A stretch of DNA of 64,000 nucleotides from Polyangiales bacterium (GTDB lineage: Bacteria; Myxococcota_A; Polyangia; Polyangiales; JADJQN01). The first letter of the stretch is position 1, and every line of letters starts with the position of its first letter. The stretch is taken from contig CAXNJO010000003.1 in the NCBI GenBank assembly GCA_964202905.1, forward strand, positions 480,001-544,000. The letters are read 5' to 3'. Below, piece after piece: positions 38,147 through 47,847 of this stretch. The notes beneath the pieces are model-generated. The model was not told the origin of the DNA. It did no database searches and saw only the letters and a list, made by a program, of their open reading frames with translations. The position numbers were made by a program, and so were the translations under genes.

Positions 38147-39871
38147 TCAGATCAGGATCGGGCCGCCCTCGGGCGGCACGACGATGTACACGTTGCGGAA
38201 GTCGAGGTCGGCGACGCCGTTGCCGACGACGATGATGCGCGCCTGGTGGATCTCGGTGCGCGCCGGCGTCGGGCGCACGTCGTTCCAGAAGTCGATCGCG
38301 AACTCGACCTGCGTGCCCGGGATGACCTGATAGAAGGTCGTTTCGTCCTTCGAGGTGTAGGTGATACCGGGGATGGGGCCGATCTCGCCGCCCGAGCCGA
38401 AGCCCTCGACCGGCACGATCGTCTTGATGAACAGGGTCGCGTCGAACTCGTCCGGGTTGCCGGGGACGTTCTGCGTGCGCGTGCTGACGTCCTGCGGCGT
38501 GCCGCCGACGAGCTGGCCGACCGCATCGACGACGGCGGTGCCGAGCCCGCTGCCGTTCGACGCGATGTCGAAGACGAGCGGCATGCCGCCGACCGTCACG
38601 GCGCCGGTGTCCCGCGCGGTCTGCTCGTAGTCGCTGCGCAGGCTGGAGCCCGTGCCGCCCGAGAACACGCCGATCACGCGCCCACCGATCCCGTTCAGCG
38701 CGGCGACCGTCTCGGCGTAGCTCGGCGAGGGGAAGGAGTAGGGCTCCGTGCCGCCCGGCCCGTTGTGGAAGTTGAAGTCGCCGAACAGCAGGATGATCGG
38801 CAGCGCCCCGGGTCGGAAGCAGGGGTAGCCCCGGCGCACGCCCAACTCGTCCGGGACCGACGCGCACGCGGGGGCCCCAGGAATGGACCCGCCCGGCCAG
38901 CTCAGCCCCATCCCCGTCGCGGTCGCGTAGAGCGCCGGGACGTATGACTCAGGACCGTCCGAGCCGCCGTGACATGGCAGTCCCTCGACCGCATCGAGGA
39001 TGTCCCAGCGCCCGTTCGGGCCGCCGCTGATGCGGCCGATGTCGCTCGTTCCTGCGCTCCGCGGGCAGGTCGTCGGCCCCGCGGGGATGGACCAGCCGCC
39101 GATGTCCTCGTCCGCCGGTCCGATGCTGCGGAGCAGGTAGAACGGGAGGTCGGGCGCGGAACCGAAGGAGGCGTAGGGGTAGTCGTCGAAACCGCCCGCG
39201 CCGAACTGGACGTTCGGGATGGCCGCGGCGATGCCCGGGATGATCGTGTCGACGAGGCCGCGGATGAGGTTCGTGCGCTCGCCGCCCATCGAGCCCGTCA
39301 TGTCGACGAGGAAGAAGACGTCGGCCTTCGAGATGTTCGTGCCGAAACGAAGCGGGCGCATCACGCGCTCGCCGTTGTAGGGCAGCACGACGAAGTAGTC
39401 GGTCGCCGGGACGGTGCTCGAAGGGTCGGTCGGGCTCGTGCCCGCGGCGCGCTCGACGAGATCCGTGTACCCGTCGCCGTCGGTGTCTGGATTCGTCGGG
39501 TCGGTCCCCGCGGCGACCTCGTCGCCATCGGGGATGCCGTCGTTGTCGGAGTCGGTGTCCTGGTAATCGGGTCTCCCGTCGCCGTCCGTGTCGCGCGGCG
39601 AGCACGGGCCGCCGGTCCCCGCTTCGGCGGCGTCCGGGACGCCGTCGGCGTCGTCGTCCGGGTTGCCGACGCCCGTGCCCTCGAGCACGTCGGCGATGCC
39701 GTTGCCGTCGGAGTCTGCCGGATCGCAGGGCCGCACGGCGCCATCGGTGCCGCCGCCGGAACCCGCGTCGCGGGCGCCTCGTCGGCCCCCGACGCGGCTG
39801 TCCTCACAGCCGAACAGGGCCAAGCAGACGAGCGCGAGACCGACCCCGAGACCGAAGCGACGACGTACCAT
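38147..39871 (-). CDS. TSP3-repeat + VWA lipoprotein (paralog 2)
   Basis: Lipobox LFGC; DxDxDG repeats; DVFFLVDMTGSM; GGSDGPES. Confidence 0.85.
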   Translation of the reverse strand: MVRRRFGLGVGLALVCLALFGCEDSRVGGRRGARDAGSGGGTDGAVRPCDPADSDGNGIADVLEGTGVGNPDDDADGVPDAAEAGTGGPCSPRDTDGDGRPDYQDTDSDNDGIPDGDEVAAGTDPTNPDTDGDGYTDLVERAAGTSPTDPSSTVPATDYFVVLPYNGERVMRPLRFGTNISKADVFFLVDMTGSMGGERTNLIRGLVDTIIPGIAAAIPNVQFGAGGFDDYPYASFGSAPDLPFYLLRSIGPADEDIGGWSIPAGPTTCPRSAGTSDIGRISGGPNGRWDILDAVEGLPCHGGSDGPESYVPALYATATGMGLSWPGGSIPGAPACASVPDELGVRRGYPCFRPGALPIILLFGDFNFHNGPGGTEPYSFPSPSYAETVAALNGIGGRVIGVFSGGTGSSLRSDYEQTARDTGAVTVGGMPLVFDIASNGSGLGTAVVDAVGQLVGGTPQDVSTRTQNVPGNPDEFDATLFIKTIVPVEGFGSGGEIGPIPGITYTSKDETTFYQVIPGTQVEFAIDFWNDVRPTPARTEIHQARIIVVGNGVADLDFRNVYIVVPPEGGPILI

Positions 39872-39968
39872 GGGACCTCCCGGCGCCGCTCGGCGGCGCG
39901 AACCGCGATTGTCTCAGATCACAGGCTCGTGCGACAGGGGGCAGCGATTCCGGTGCCCCCTGCGACGC

Positions 39969-42206
39969 TCAGCCGAACGGAACCGGGTTCGCCGGCACGA
40001 CGATGTAGACCTCGCGCGTGTCGAGGATCGCCGAGCCGCCCCCGCGCACGTCGATGTAGGCGACGAACAGCTCCGCGCGATCCGTCCCGCGAAAGAAGTC
40101 GTTCTGGAATGTGATCTGGAAGGTCACGCGCGTTCCCGGGATCACCCCGAAGAAGGTCGACGTGTCGATGAACGCGACCGCCTGATCCGACAACACGCCG
40201 GCCGGCGCCTCGAAGCACGGCGTGATCGCGGGCGTCGCTCGGCAGCCGGGCGTGCGGCGCTTCACGAACATCGCCGCGTTCGCGAGCAGGCTCGGCTCGC
40301 CGCGCAGGCCCGTGTCGACGTCGAGCGGGACGCGCGTCGCGACCGTCTCGACGGCCTGCACGACGGTGTCCGCGAAGACGGTCGTCGAGGCGGTGTTCGG
40401 CAGGTCGTAGACGAGCGGGTTGCTGTCGAGGTCGACGGAGCCCGTCTCCTCGGCGGTGCGCTTCAGGAAGTAGCAGGGGCTGAAGCCGTCCGGCGCCGTC
40501 GGCCCGGCGCACGAGCTCCCGGAGGACGCGTTCACGCCGATGAACTTCGCACCGCGGACGTTCATCGCGGCGATGGCCTCCTCCCAGGTGGGCAGGACAG
40601 GCGTGACCATCGAGTAAGGCTCGCAGCTCGAGTCCTCGCCCGGCGGGCCGTTGTGCGAGCAGATGTCGGTGAAGAGGATGACGATCGGCAGCGCCGCTTC
40701 ACGGAAACAGGGCGCGCCCCAGCCGCCATCGAGGCACATGCCGACGTAGTTCGGCATGGTGTAGGTCGCCGCGCCACCGAAGCCGCCGCCGTACATCCAC
40801 GTGCCGCCGGCGCCCGTGACGATCTGGTGGAGGGCGATCGTCTGCGACTCGGGGCCGTCTGAGCCGCCGTGCATCATGATGCCGTTGAAAGCGCTCTGCA
40901 CGGCGCTCGCCATGTCGGGCGGCGTCATGCGGATCGCGAGGATGAACGGCTCGTCCGGCGACGAGCCCCAGCTCGAGAACGGCACGTCATCGTGCTGACC
41001 GCCGCCGAACCACGCGTCGGGGATCGTCGTGCCGATGCGGTCGATGAGTCCGGTGCCCGGCGTCGTGACGGTCGCCTTCACGTTGTCGACCGTGCCGCCC
41101 ATCGAACCGGTGGTGTCGGTGATGAAGAAGATGTCCGCGACGCGGATGCTCGTGCTGAAGTCGAGGACGCGCGTCTGCGGCGCACCGCCGTACGGGAGCA
41201 CGAGGTAGAAGTCCTCGCTGCGGATCGTGCAGGACGCACGCGCGCCGCACTGGCAGATGGTCGGATCGACGCCCGCGGCCGGCACGCCGCCGGGGCAGTT
41301 GCGCTCGGCGTACGCGCCCTCGAAAAGGTCATCGACGCCGTCGTCGTCCGTGTCGAACCGGCAGGGGTCGCTGCCGACCGCGATCTCCTGGCCGTCGGAG
41401 AGTCCGTCGTTGTCGCTGTCGGTGTCGATGAAGTTCGAGTAGCCGTCACCCGGGTACGCCGAGCCGTCCTCGTTGAGCGGCGTGCGCGTGATCGGGCTGA
41501 CCTCTTCGCCGCACACTTGGGGCGGCGTGGTCACGTCGCCGTCGCCGGCCTCGAGCGAGTCGTTCACGCCGTCGCCGTCCGCGTCGAGGTCGCGGAAGTT
41601 CGCCGCGCCGTCCCCGTCGAGGTCCATGCCGCCCTCGAACTGATCCGGGATGGTGTCCCCATCCGAGTCGAGGTCCTGGAGGTCGGGGGTGCCGTCCGCG
41701 TCGGTGTCGGCGGCCATCGGCCCGGGGCCGAACTCGAGGGTGTTCGAGATGCCGTCGCCGTCGAGGTCGTTCTCGCGCCAGTCGGGCACACCGTCGCCGT
41801 CCGTGTCGCCGGTCTGCGTCGCGTCGTCGAGGCCATCGGCGTTCGCGTCGCGATCGAGGAAATCAGGCGTCCCGTCGGCGTCGGAGTCGCTCGGGACCGT
41901 GCCGCAGCTGCTGTCGCCGGCCTCGAGGCGGTCCAGGATTCCGTCTCCGTCGGAGTCCGTGTCGGCCGCGTTCGGCGTCCCGTCGCCGTCGACGTCGCCG
42001 CTTCCCTCATCCATCGCGCTGATGAGGTCCATGTCGGCGTCGTCCTCGGGGCTGCAGCGCACCATCGGACCGCCGCTGTCGAGGGCACCGGCATCGACGC
42101 GGGGCCCCGGCGGTGTCGGGGTGTCGTCGTCGTCGCCGCAGCCGACGAAACCGAGAGACGCAGCAAGCACGAGGATGAGCGACCAGGAACGCGGGCGGAG
42201 GGACAT
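39969..42206 (-). CDS. TSP3-repeat + VWA lipoprotein (paralog 1, longest repeat tract)
   Basis: Lipobox FVGC; more than 10 DxDxDG repeats; DIFFITDTTGSM; GGSDGPES; start 42206 inferred. Confidence 0.85.
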   Translation of the reverse strand: MSLRPRSWSLILVLAASLGFVGCGDDDDTPTPPGPRVDAGALDSGGPMVRCSPEDDADMDLISAMDEGSGDVDGDGTPNAADTDSDGDGILDRLEAGDSSCGTVPSDSDADGTPDFLDRDANADGLDDATQTGDTDGDGVPDWRENDLDGDGISNTLEFGPGPMAADTDADGTPDLQDLDSDGDTIPDQFEGGMDLDGDGAANFRDLDADGDGVNDSLEAGDGDVTTPPQVCGEEVSPITRTPLNEDGSAYPGDGYSNFIDTDSDNDGLSDGQEIAVGSDPCRFDTDDDGVDDLFEGAYAERNCPGGVPAAGVDPTICQCGARASCTIRSEDFYLVLPYGGAPQTRVLDFSTSIRVADIFFITDTTGSMGGTVDNVKATVTTPGTGLIDRIGTTIPDAWFGGGQHDDVPFSSWGSSPDEPFILAIRMTPPDMASAVQSAFNGIMMHGGSDGPESQTIALHQIVTGAGGTWMYGGGFGGAATYTMPNYVGMCLDGGWGAPCFREAALPIVILFTDICSHNGPPGEDSSCEPYSMVTPVLPTWEEAIAAMNVRGAKFIGVNASSGSSCAGPTAPDGFSPCYFLKRTAEETGSVDLDSNPLVYDLPNTASTTVFADTVVQAVETVATRVPLDVDTGLRGEPSLLANAAMFVKRRTPGCRATPAITPCFEAPAGVLSDQAVAFIDTSTFFGVIPGTRVTFQITFQNDFFRGTDRAELFVAYIDVRGGGSAILDTREVYIVVPANPVPFG

Positions 42207-42474
42207 CGAAATAACTCCCGTGGAGACGTGCCGGGGGCGTGGCCACGGGCGCAGGCCCATGGACAAGCGCGTACTATGCAATCGGGGTGCCCTCACCACA
42301 AGCGCCCCGTGAGGCGGGTTTCGCTCCGCAGCGGCGTGCCAGCGTGTGCCAGTCGCACCGCCCCGCCACTCGACCGCGACGGCGCGCCCGACATGGCGCG
42401 GTTTGACAACGCGTCCATCTGCCACTACGCGGGGCGCGACGCGTGGAATCGCCACGCACGGAGACACGACGACG

Positions 42475-43146
42475 ATGACGAAGACGGCGACCCTCTCGGG
42501 TCTGATGTTGACGGCGATGATGACCCTGGGCCTCGTGGCGGGGTGTGGCCCCAACTACCCGCTTTGCGGCGAAGACAGCGACTGTCACTCCGGCGAGTAC
42601 TGCGTGAACGGGCGCTGCCAGATCTGCCGCAGCGACGCCGATTGCGGCGCGGGAGAATCCTGCGCGTCCGGGCGCTGCGAGGCGACACCCGGCTATTGCG
42701 CGAGCAGCGACCAGTGCGCGAGCGGCGAAGAATGCCGCGCGAACCGCTGCGTGCGCGCGGCCTCGATCCAGTCGGAGCTGCCGACGCCCCCCGGAAACGA
42801 GCCCACGCCGCCGGCGCTCTCGTGCGACGTGCCGGCCGTGTACTTCGAGTTCGAGTCCAACGAGCTCTCGTCCTCCACGCGCGACCAACTCCAGACCGTC
42901 GCCCGCTGCGCGCGCGAGCGCAATTACGGACGCCTGCACCTGACGGGCGGCTGCGATCCCCGCGGCACCGAGGAGTACAACCTCGCGCTCGGCGACCGCC
43001 GTGCGCGCGCGGTGCGCGAATTCCTCCGCTCGCTCGGCATCGAGGCCAACAAGCTGAGCGTCTCCTCGAATGGTGAAGAGTACGCGCGCGGCGAGGACGA
43101 GAGCGGCTGGGCGCGCGACCGGAACGTGACGATCGAGGTCCGGTGA
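42475..43146 (+). CDS. pal: Pal/OmpA-family lipoprotein with Cys-rich N-terminal repeats
   Basis: Lipobox VAGC; 3x CxxDxxCxxGExC-like repeats; VYFEF, DPRGTEEYNLALGDRRA. Confidence 0.85.
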   Translation: MTKTATLSGLMLTAMMTLGLVAGCGPNYPLCGEDSDCHSGEYCVNGRCQICRSDADCGAGESCASGRCEATPGYCASSDQCASGEECRANRCVRAASIQSELPTPPGNEPTPPALSCDVPAVYFEFESNELSSSTRDQLQTVARCARERNYGRLHLTGGCDPRGTEEYNLALGDRRARAVREFLRSLGIEANKLSVSSNGEEYARGEDESGWARDRNVTIEVR

Positions 43147-44018
43147 GCGGCGCGGGGCCGGGGCGCGTCGCCGCCTCGCTGGTGGCCGTCTCGGCCCTCG
43201 CTTCGCTGTCCCTCGCGGCGGGCTGTCTCTGGACGAGCCACGGCGAGGGCCGAAAACTCCACGCGCTCACGATCGAGCACGGGCAGCGGCTGACGAAGCT
43301 CGAATCCGGCGTGCGCAACGAGCGCGAGACGCTCCACGCCGCCGTGAGCAGCGCGCAGACGAAAGTGCAGCAGCTCGAGGAGGTCCTCGAACGCGCGACC
43401 GCCGTCGTCACGCGCAACAGCGCGGACACGGGCGCGCTCGTGCAGGAACTGCAAGCGCAGCTCGGCTCCCTCGAAGGCCAGATCGCCGAGCTTCGCAACA
43501 CGCAGGAGCAGCTCACGCGCCAGCTCTCCACGCAGCGCTCCGAGATGGACGAACGGATCACGCAGGTCGCGCGCAAGGCCGGCATCGACATGCCGCTGCC
43601 GCCCGCCGAGATCCCCGCTGAAAAAGTCGACCACTTCGCCGCCGCGACGCGCGCCTACCAGGCCAGCGATTACTCGCGCGCCCGCGCGCTTTTCCGCGAG
43701 TACCTCGCGCGCTACGCCGGCGACGCCGAGAGCGACGACGCGCAGTACTGGATCGGCGCGAGCTACCTCCAAGAGGGGAAACCCGCGACCGCATTGGGTG
43801 AACTCCGCAAGGTCCTCTCCGACCACGGCGGCGGCGACGCCGTCGACAACGCGCTGCTCGACATGGGCGACGCGTTCTTCCGCCTGCACGCGTGCACGGA
43901 CGCGCGCACGACGCTCGAGGCGCTCATCCGCACCCAACCCACGTCGCCGCTGCTCGCCCGTGCACGCGAGAAGCTGCGAGAAATTCAGCGCGCGCCGCGC
44001 GGTTCCTGCTCCTCGTGA
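43143..44018 (+). CDS. cpoB: Tol-Pal accessory CpoB/YbgF (coiled coil + TPR)
   Basis: Follows pal with GTGA overlap; coiled coil; DDAQYWIGASY TPR. Confidence 0.8.
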   Translation: MSGAGPGRVAASLVAVSALASLSLAAGCLWTSHGEGRKLHALTIEHGQRLTKLESGVRNERETLHAAVSSAQTKVQQLEEVLERATAVVTRNSADTGALVQELQAQLGSLEGQIAELRNTQEQLTRQLSTQRSEMDERITQVARKAGIDMPLPPAEIPAEKVDHFAAATRAYQASDYSRARALFREYLARYAGDAESDDAQYWIGASYLQEGKPATALGELRKVLSDHGGGDAVDNALLDMGDAFFRLHACTDARTTLEALIRTQPTSPLLARAREKLREIQRAPRGSCSS

Positions 44019-44076
44019 TCGCGGGGGCCGCCGGTGGGCCGCGACGGACGTACCGCGTCGCCCTCGACCGCGCGGC

Positions 44077-44709
44077 TCAGCGCGCGAGTTCCCGGGCGTC
44101 GCGTTCGAGTCCCGCCAACGACGCCGTGTCGAGGGCGTAGAGACCGCGCGCCCGTCCTTCGGCATCGACGAGCAGCAAGCGGCCCGTGTGGACGATGTCC
44201 CAGGCACCGTCCGCGCGCGGCTCGCGTCCGCCGACCGGCTGCAGCAGCCCGCCCTCGATGACGCCGCGTACCGTCGCCGGGTCGCCCCCGAGAAACGACC
44301 AGCGCGAGAAGTCCGCGCGGTGCCGCTCACCGAAGGCGCGCAGCACGGGTGGGGTGTCGTGCTCGGGGTCGACGGTGAACGACACGAAGCGCATCGCGGG
44401 GACGTCCGCGAGGCGCCGCGCGACGTTGCCCTGCTGCGCCGTGATCATCGGACAGATCGTCTTGCAGGTCGTGAAGACGAACGCGCCGATCCAGGGGTGA
44501 CCGCGCAACGCACTCGAGGTGAAGGTGCGCCCGTCCTGATCGACGAGCGAGAACGGTCGCACCGCGAAGAGCACCGGCGGCCCATCCGCCCCGCCGTACG
44601 CGCGGCCCCCGGCGAACACGGCGAGCGCGAGCGCGGCGACCGCACTCAAACTCCACACCGCGATCCGCAGCCTCGACATCGCGGACGCCGGGGCGCGCTC
44701 AGACGGCAT
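44077..44709 (-). CDS. SCO1/SenC copper chaperone
   Basis: FTTCKTICP, TVDPEHDTP, IVHT. Confidence 0.92.
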   Translation of the reverse strand: MPSERAPASAMSRLRIAVWSLSAVAALALAVFAGGRAYGGADGPPVLFAVRPFSLVDQDGRTFTSSALRGHPWIGAFVFTTCKTICPMITAQQGNVARRLADVPAMRFVSFTVDPEHDTPPVLRAFGERHRADFSRWSFLGGDPATVRGVIEGGLLQPVGGREPRADGAWDIVHTGRLLLVDAEGRARGLYALDTASLAGLERDARELAR

Positions 44710-45583
44710 CCGCGACCATCGCGGCGAAGAGCAGCGTGAGGTACACGAGCGAGACCCCGAAGACGCGGCGCGCCCAGCCGGTATCCGGCCCCTTCGCGCG
44801 CAGCCCCACCACGCACACGCCCACGAACACGAGCCCGAGCAGGACTGCGCTCGCGAGGTAGAGGCTCCCCGTCACGCCGAGCGGCGTGAGAACGAGCGAC
44901 GCCGGTACGAGCGCGACGCACCACGCGACCATGTGGGCCTTCGCCGTCGGCACGCCGAGGACCGCCGGTAACACACGGATCCCCGCGCGCTCGTACTCAG
45001 CCTGACGGAACACGGCGATCGCTATGAAATGGGGGATCTGCCAGAGGAAGAGCACCGCGAAGAGCGCCAACCCGGGCAGTTCGACCGCGCCCGTCGCCGC
45101 CGTCCACCCCATGAGCGGCGGCATCGCGCCCGGCACCGCGCCGACGAGCAGCGCGAGCCAGGTCCGCTGCTTCAGCGGCGTGTACATCCACACGTACGAG
45201 ACGAGCGCGACCGCCCCGAGCACGCCGGTGACCGGATTGACGAGCAGCGCGAGCACCGGCACCGAGACCGCCCCGAGCGTCAGACCGAACCCGAGCGCGA
45301 GGCGCGGATCGAGGCGCCCGGCGGGAAGCGGCCGCGTGCGCGTCCGCGTCATCTCCCGGTCACTGACGCGCTCCATCCAGCAGTTGAGCGCGTTCGCGCT
45401 CATCACCACCGCGGCGATCGCGAGGACCGCGACGAGCGCACCCACCGGAGCGGGCGTCCCGGGCGCGAGCCACAGCCCTCCGGCCGAGGTCGCGATCACG
45501 AGGAACGTGATGCGCGGCTTCGTCAAGGCGACGAGGTCTCGCAGCGTCCCGGCGAGCGATCCGTGGGCGTGCAGCGTGGTCAT
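44699..45583 (-). CDS. cyoE: Protoheme IX farnesyltransferase (heme O synthase)
   Basis: LTKPRI, DREMTRTRTRPLP, YTPLK, GAMPPLMGW, WQIPHF. Confidence 0.95.
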   Translation of the reverse strand: MTTLHAHGSLAGTLRDLVALTKPRITFLVIATSAGGLWLAPGTPAPVGALVAVLAIAAVVMSANALNCWMERVSDREMTRTRTRPLPAGRLDPRLALGFGLTLGAVSVPVLALLVNPVTGVLGAVALVSYVWMYTPLKQRTWLALLVGAVPGAMPPLMGWTAATGAVELPGLALFAVLFLWQIPHFIAIAVFRQAEYERAGIRVLPAVLGVPTAKAHMVAWCVALVPASLVLTPLGVTGSLYLASAVLLGLVFVGVCVVGLRAKGPDTGWARRVFGVSLVYLTLLFAAMVADAV

Positions 45584-45693
45584 GGGATGTGTGCGGCGAC
45601 GCGGACCGATGACGAAACTCGGTCTCCGCCCGGACAGCGCGGGGGGCGGCGCGCGGCGGTATTTAGATGCGCGCTCGCGCGACGGTCAAGGCG

Positions 45694-46845
45694 TCACTTG
45701 AGCAGCAGCGCGGCGACGAGCGCCATGCCACCGGCCATCGCGAGGAGCGCGGCGAGCACGAGCACGACGTACGGCGCACGCGAGGCGGGAAGGTGCACCG
45801 GCTCGTCGAGGTCGCGGGCGCTCGCAGGCGCCCCCGCGGGGCCGGGGCTGCGACGCGCCTGCGCCTCCTGCGGCGGCAGCGGTCCGCGGAGCTGCCCGCG
45901 CCGCTGCATCTGCTCGGCCTCACGCCGCGCCGCATCGACGGGCAGCGCGCGCAGCGCCCCGGTCATGACCTTGCCCTGCATGACCTCCTTGAGCATCAGG
46001 GCGAAGTCGCCCGCACTCACGGGACGGTCCTCGGGGCGCTTCGCGAGGCAGTGCTGGAGGACCTCGTCGAGCCCCGGCGGAAACTCGCGCGACGGCGCGC
46101 GGTCGCCGAGGCGCATCGGCGCCGTCTGGATGTGATGCGTGATGTAGTCCATCGGCTGCTTCGCCTCGAAGGGCAGCTTGCCGGTGAGCATCTCGAAGAG
46201 GATGCAGGCGAGCGAATAGATGTCGCTCCGCGCGTCGAGCGTCTTCCCCTGCGCCTGCTCGGGCGACATGAACTCGGGCGTCCCGAAGACCATGCCCTCC
46301 TGCGTGAGGATGAGCGAACCCGGCCGCATCTCACGCTCGCTGACCTTCGCGAGCCCGAAATCGAGCACCTTGGGGAAGTCCAGGATGCCGCCCTGCGTGC
46401 AGAGAAAGACGTTCTCGGGCTTCAGGTCCCGGTGGACGATCCCCGCGCGGTGCGCCTCCTCGAGCGCGCCGCAGACCTGGATCATGATGTTGATCGCCCG
46501 CGCCGTCTCGAAGGGCCCGTGCGCCTTCACGTGCTGCGCGAGGTTCATCCCCGAGAGATGCTCCATCACGATGTAGCAAGCGTTGTCCTCGAGCTGCCCG
46601 TAGAGAAACACCCGCGCGGTGTTCGGGTGCGAGAGGTGGCTCATCGCCCGCGCCTCGCGGCGGAACCGCGCGACCAGGTCGGGGCGCGAGACGTACTTCG
46701 GATGCAGGATCTTGATCGCGACGAAGCGATTCATGTCCGGCTGCTCGGCCCGATAGACCGAGCCCATCCCGCCTGCGCCGATGCGATCGACGATGCGGAA
46801 CTGTCCGGCAATGTCCTGGCCGATGTACGGATCCCTCGGGCGCAC
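45694..46845 (-). CDS. Hanks-type Ser/Thr protein kinase with C-terminal TM
   Basis: GAGGMGSVY, VAIK, HRDLKPEN, DFG, GTPEFMSPEQ; GTG at 46845 with GGGAG RBS. Confidence 0.92.
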   Translation of the reverse strand: MRPRDPYIGQDIAGQFRIVDRIGAGGMGSVYRAEQPDMNRFVAIKILHPKYVSRPDLVARFRREARAMSHLSHPNTARVFLYGQLEDNACYIVMEHLSGMNLAQHVKAHGPFETARAINIMIQVCGALEEAHRAGIVHRDLKPENVFLCTQGGILDFPKVLDFGLAKVSEREMRPGSLILTQEGMVFGTPEFMSPEQAQGKTLDARSDIYSLACILFEMLTGKLPFEAKQPMDYITHHIQTAPMRLGDRAPSREFPPGLDEVLQHCLAKRPEDRPVSAGDFALMLKEVMQGKVMTGALRALPVDAARREAEQMQRRGQLRGPLPPQEAQARRSPGPAGAPASARDLDEPVHLPASRAPYVVLVLAALLAMAGGMALVAALLLK

Positions 46846-46970
46846 GCGCGTCGTTCTCCCTGGCCGCCCGGCGGAGGCGCGCCCCGCAGGGTCTATCCCG
46901 GCCACCCTGACAGCGGGCGAGCATACCACCGCCCGGCAACCGCGAGGGACGCCGTTCGACAAGCGTCCCC

Positions 46971-47666
46971 ATGTCGACCACGACGCACACACGCAACGCG
47001 CCCCCGACGCCGTCCCCCCGCCCCCCACCCACCACGCCAACCCTCCGCCGCGGCGCGCTCGCACCGAACGGACCGCGGCAGTTCGAGCGGAGCGCGCGCT
47101 TCGCGGAGCACCTCGCGCAGGCGGGGCGCGCCGCGGAGGCGGCCCATCCGCGCGCGACGTCCGGCACCACCCCTGGCGGCGCGGCGACCGGGCCGGCGCG
47201 ACGCGACCCCCCCCCGCACGGGTCCGGCGACACGCACGGTTCACCGGCCAAGCCCCGCCTGCGCGCAGGCGCGAGCGACATCGAGCGGGCCGATCCCACG
47301 CTGCTCGCGCCGTTCCTCCCGCCACCGTCCGTGCTCGCGCTTCCCGTGACGGCCGCAGGCGCCGGCACCCCGGCAGCCCCGCGTCGCGCGCCGACGCACG
47401 AGTTGTCCGCGCTCGCCGAGCGCCTGCTGCATTCGATGCGAGTCGGGCAGATCGGCCGCGACGGCCACGAGGTGAGGCTCCGCCTCGGCGTCGGAGCGCG
47501 CGAGGACATCGAGGTCCGACTGCGCCGCGTCGATGGTGCGCTCGCGGCCATGGTCTTCGGTGAGCGCGTCGATCGTGCCGAGGTCGAACGCCTCGCCGAC
47601 GCGCTCCGCGCAGAGCTCGCGGCGCGCGGCGTCGCCTGCGAATCGGTCTCGGTCGAACTCGCCTGA
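46971..47666 (+). CDS. Putative SctP/FliK-like ruler protein
   Basis: Low-complexity Pro/Ala N-terminus plus a C-terminal EVRLRL...IEVRL...L...L..RG domain; sits just upstream of an SctQ-like gene. Confidence 0.5.
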   Translation: MSTTTHTRNAPPTPSPRPPPTTPTLRRGALAPNGPRQFERSARFAEHLAQAGRAAEAAHPRATSGTTPGGAATGPARRDPPPHGSGDTHGSPAKPRLRAGASDIERADPTLLAPFLPPPSVLALPVTAAGAGTPAAPRRAPTHELSALAERLLHSMRVGQIGRDGHEVRLRLGVGAREDIEVRLRRVDGALAAMVFGERVDRAEVERLADALRAELAARGVACESVSVELA

Positions 47667-47847
47667 CCGCCGTGACATCGCGTCCCGCCGACCCCTGCGG
47701 CGCATTGCACGGCCCGCACGAGGCCAATGCGCGCGCGGGTCGCCAACCCGCAGCCGCGACGACGCCCTTCGCACTGCGCGAAAGAACGCGCCGCGGCACG
47801 TTCGCCCGTTGATCGAGCGCCCCGCGATCGTGTAGATCGCACACGTC

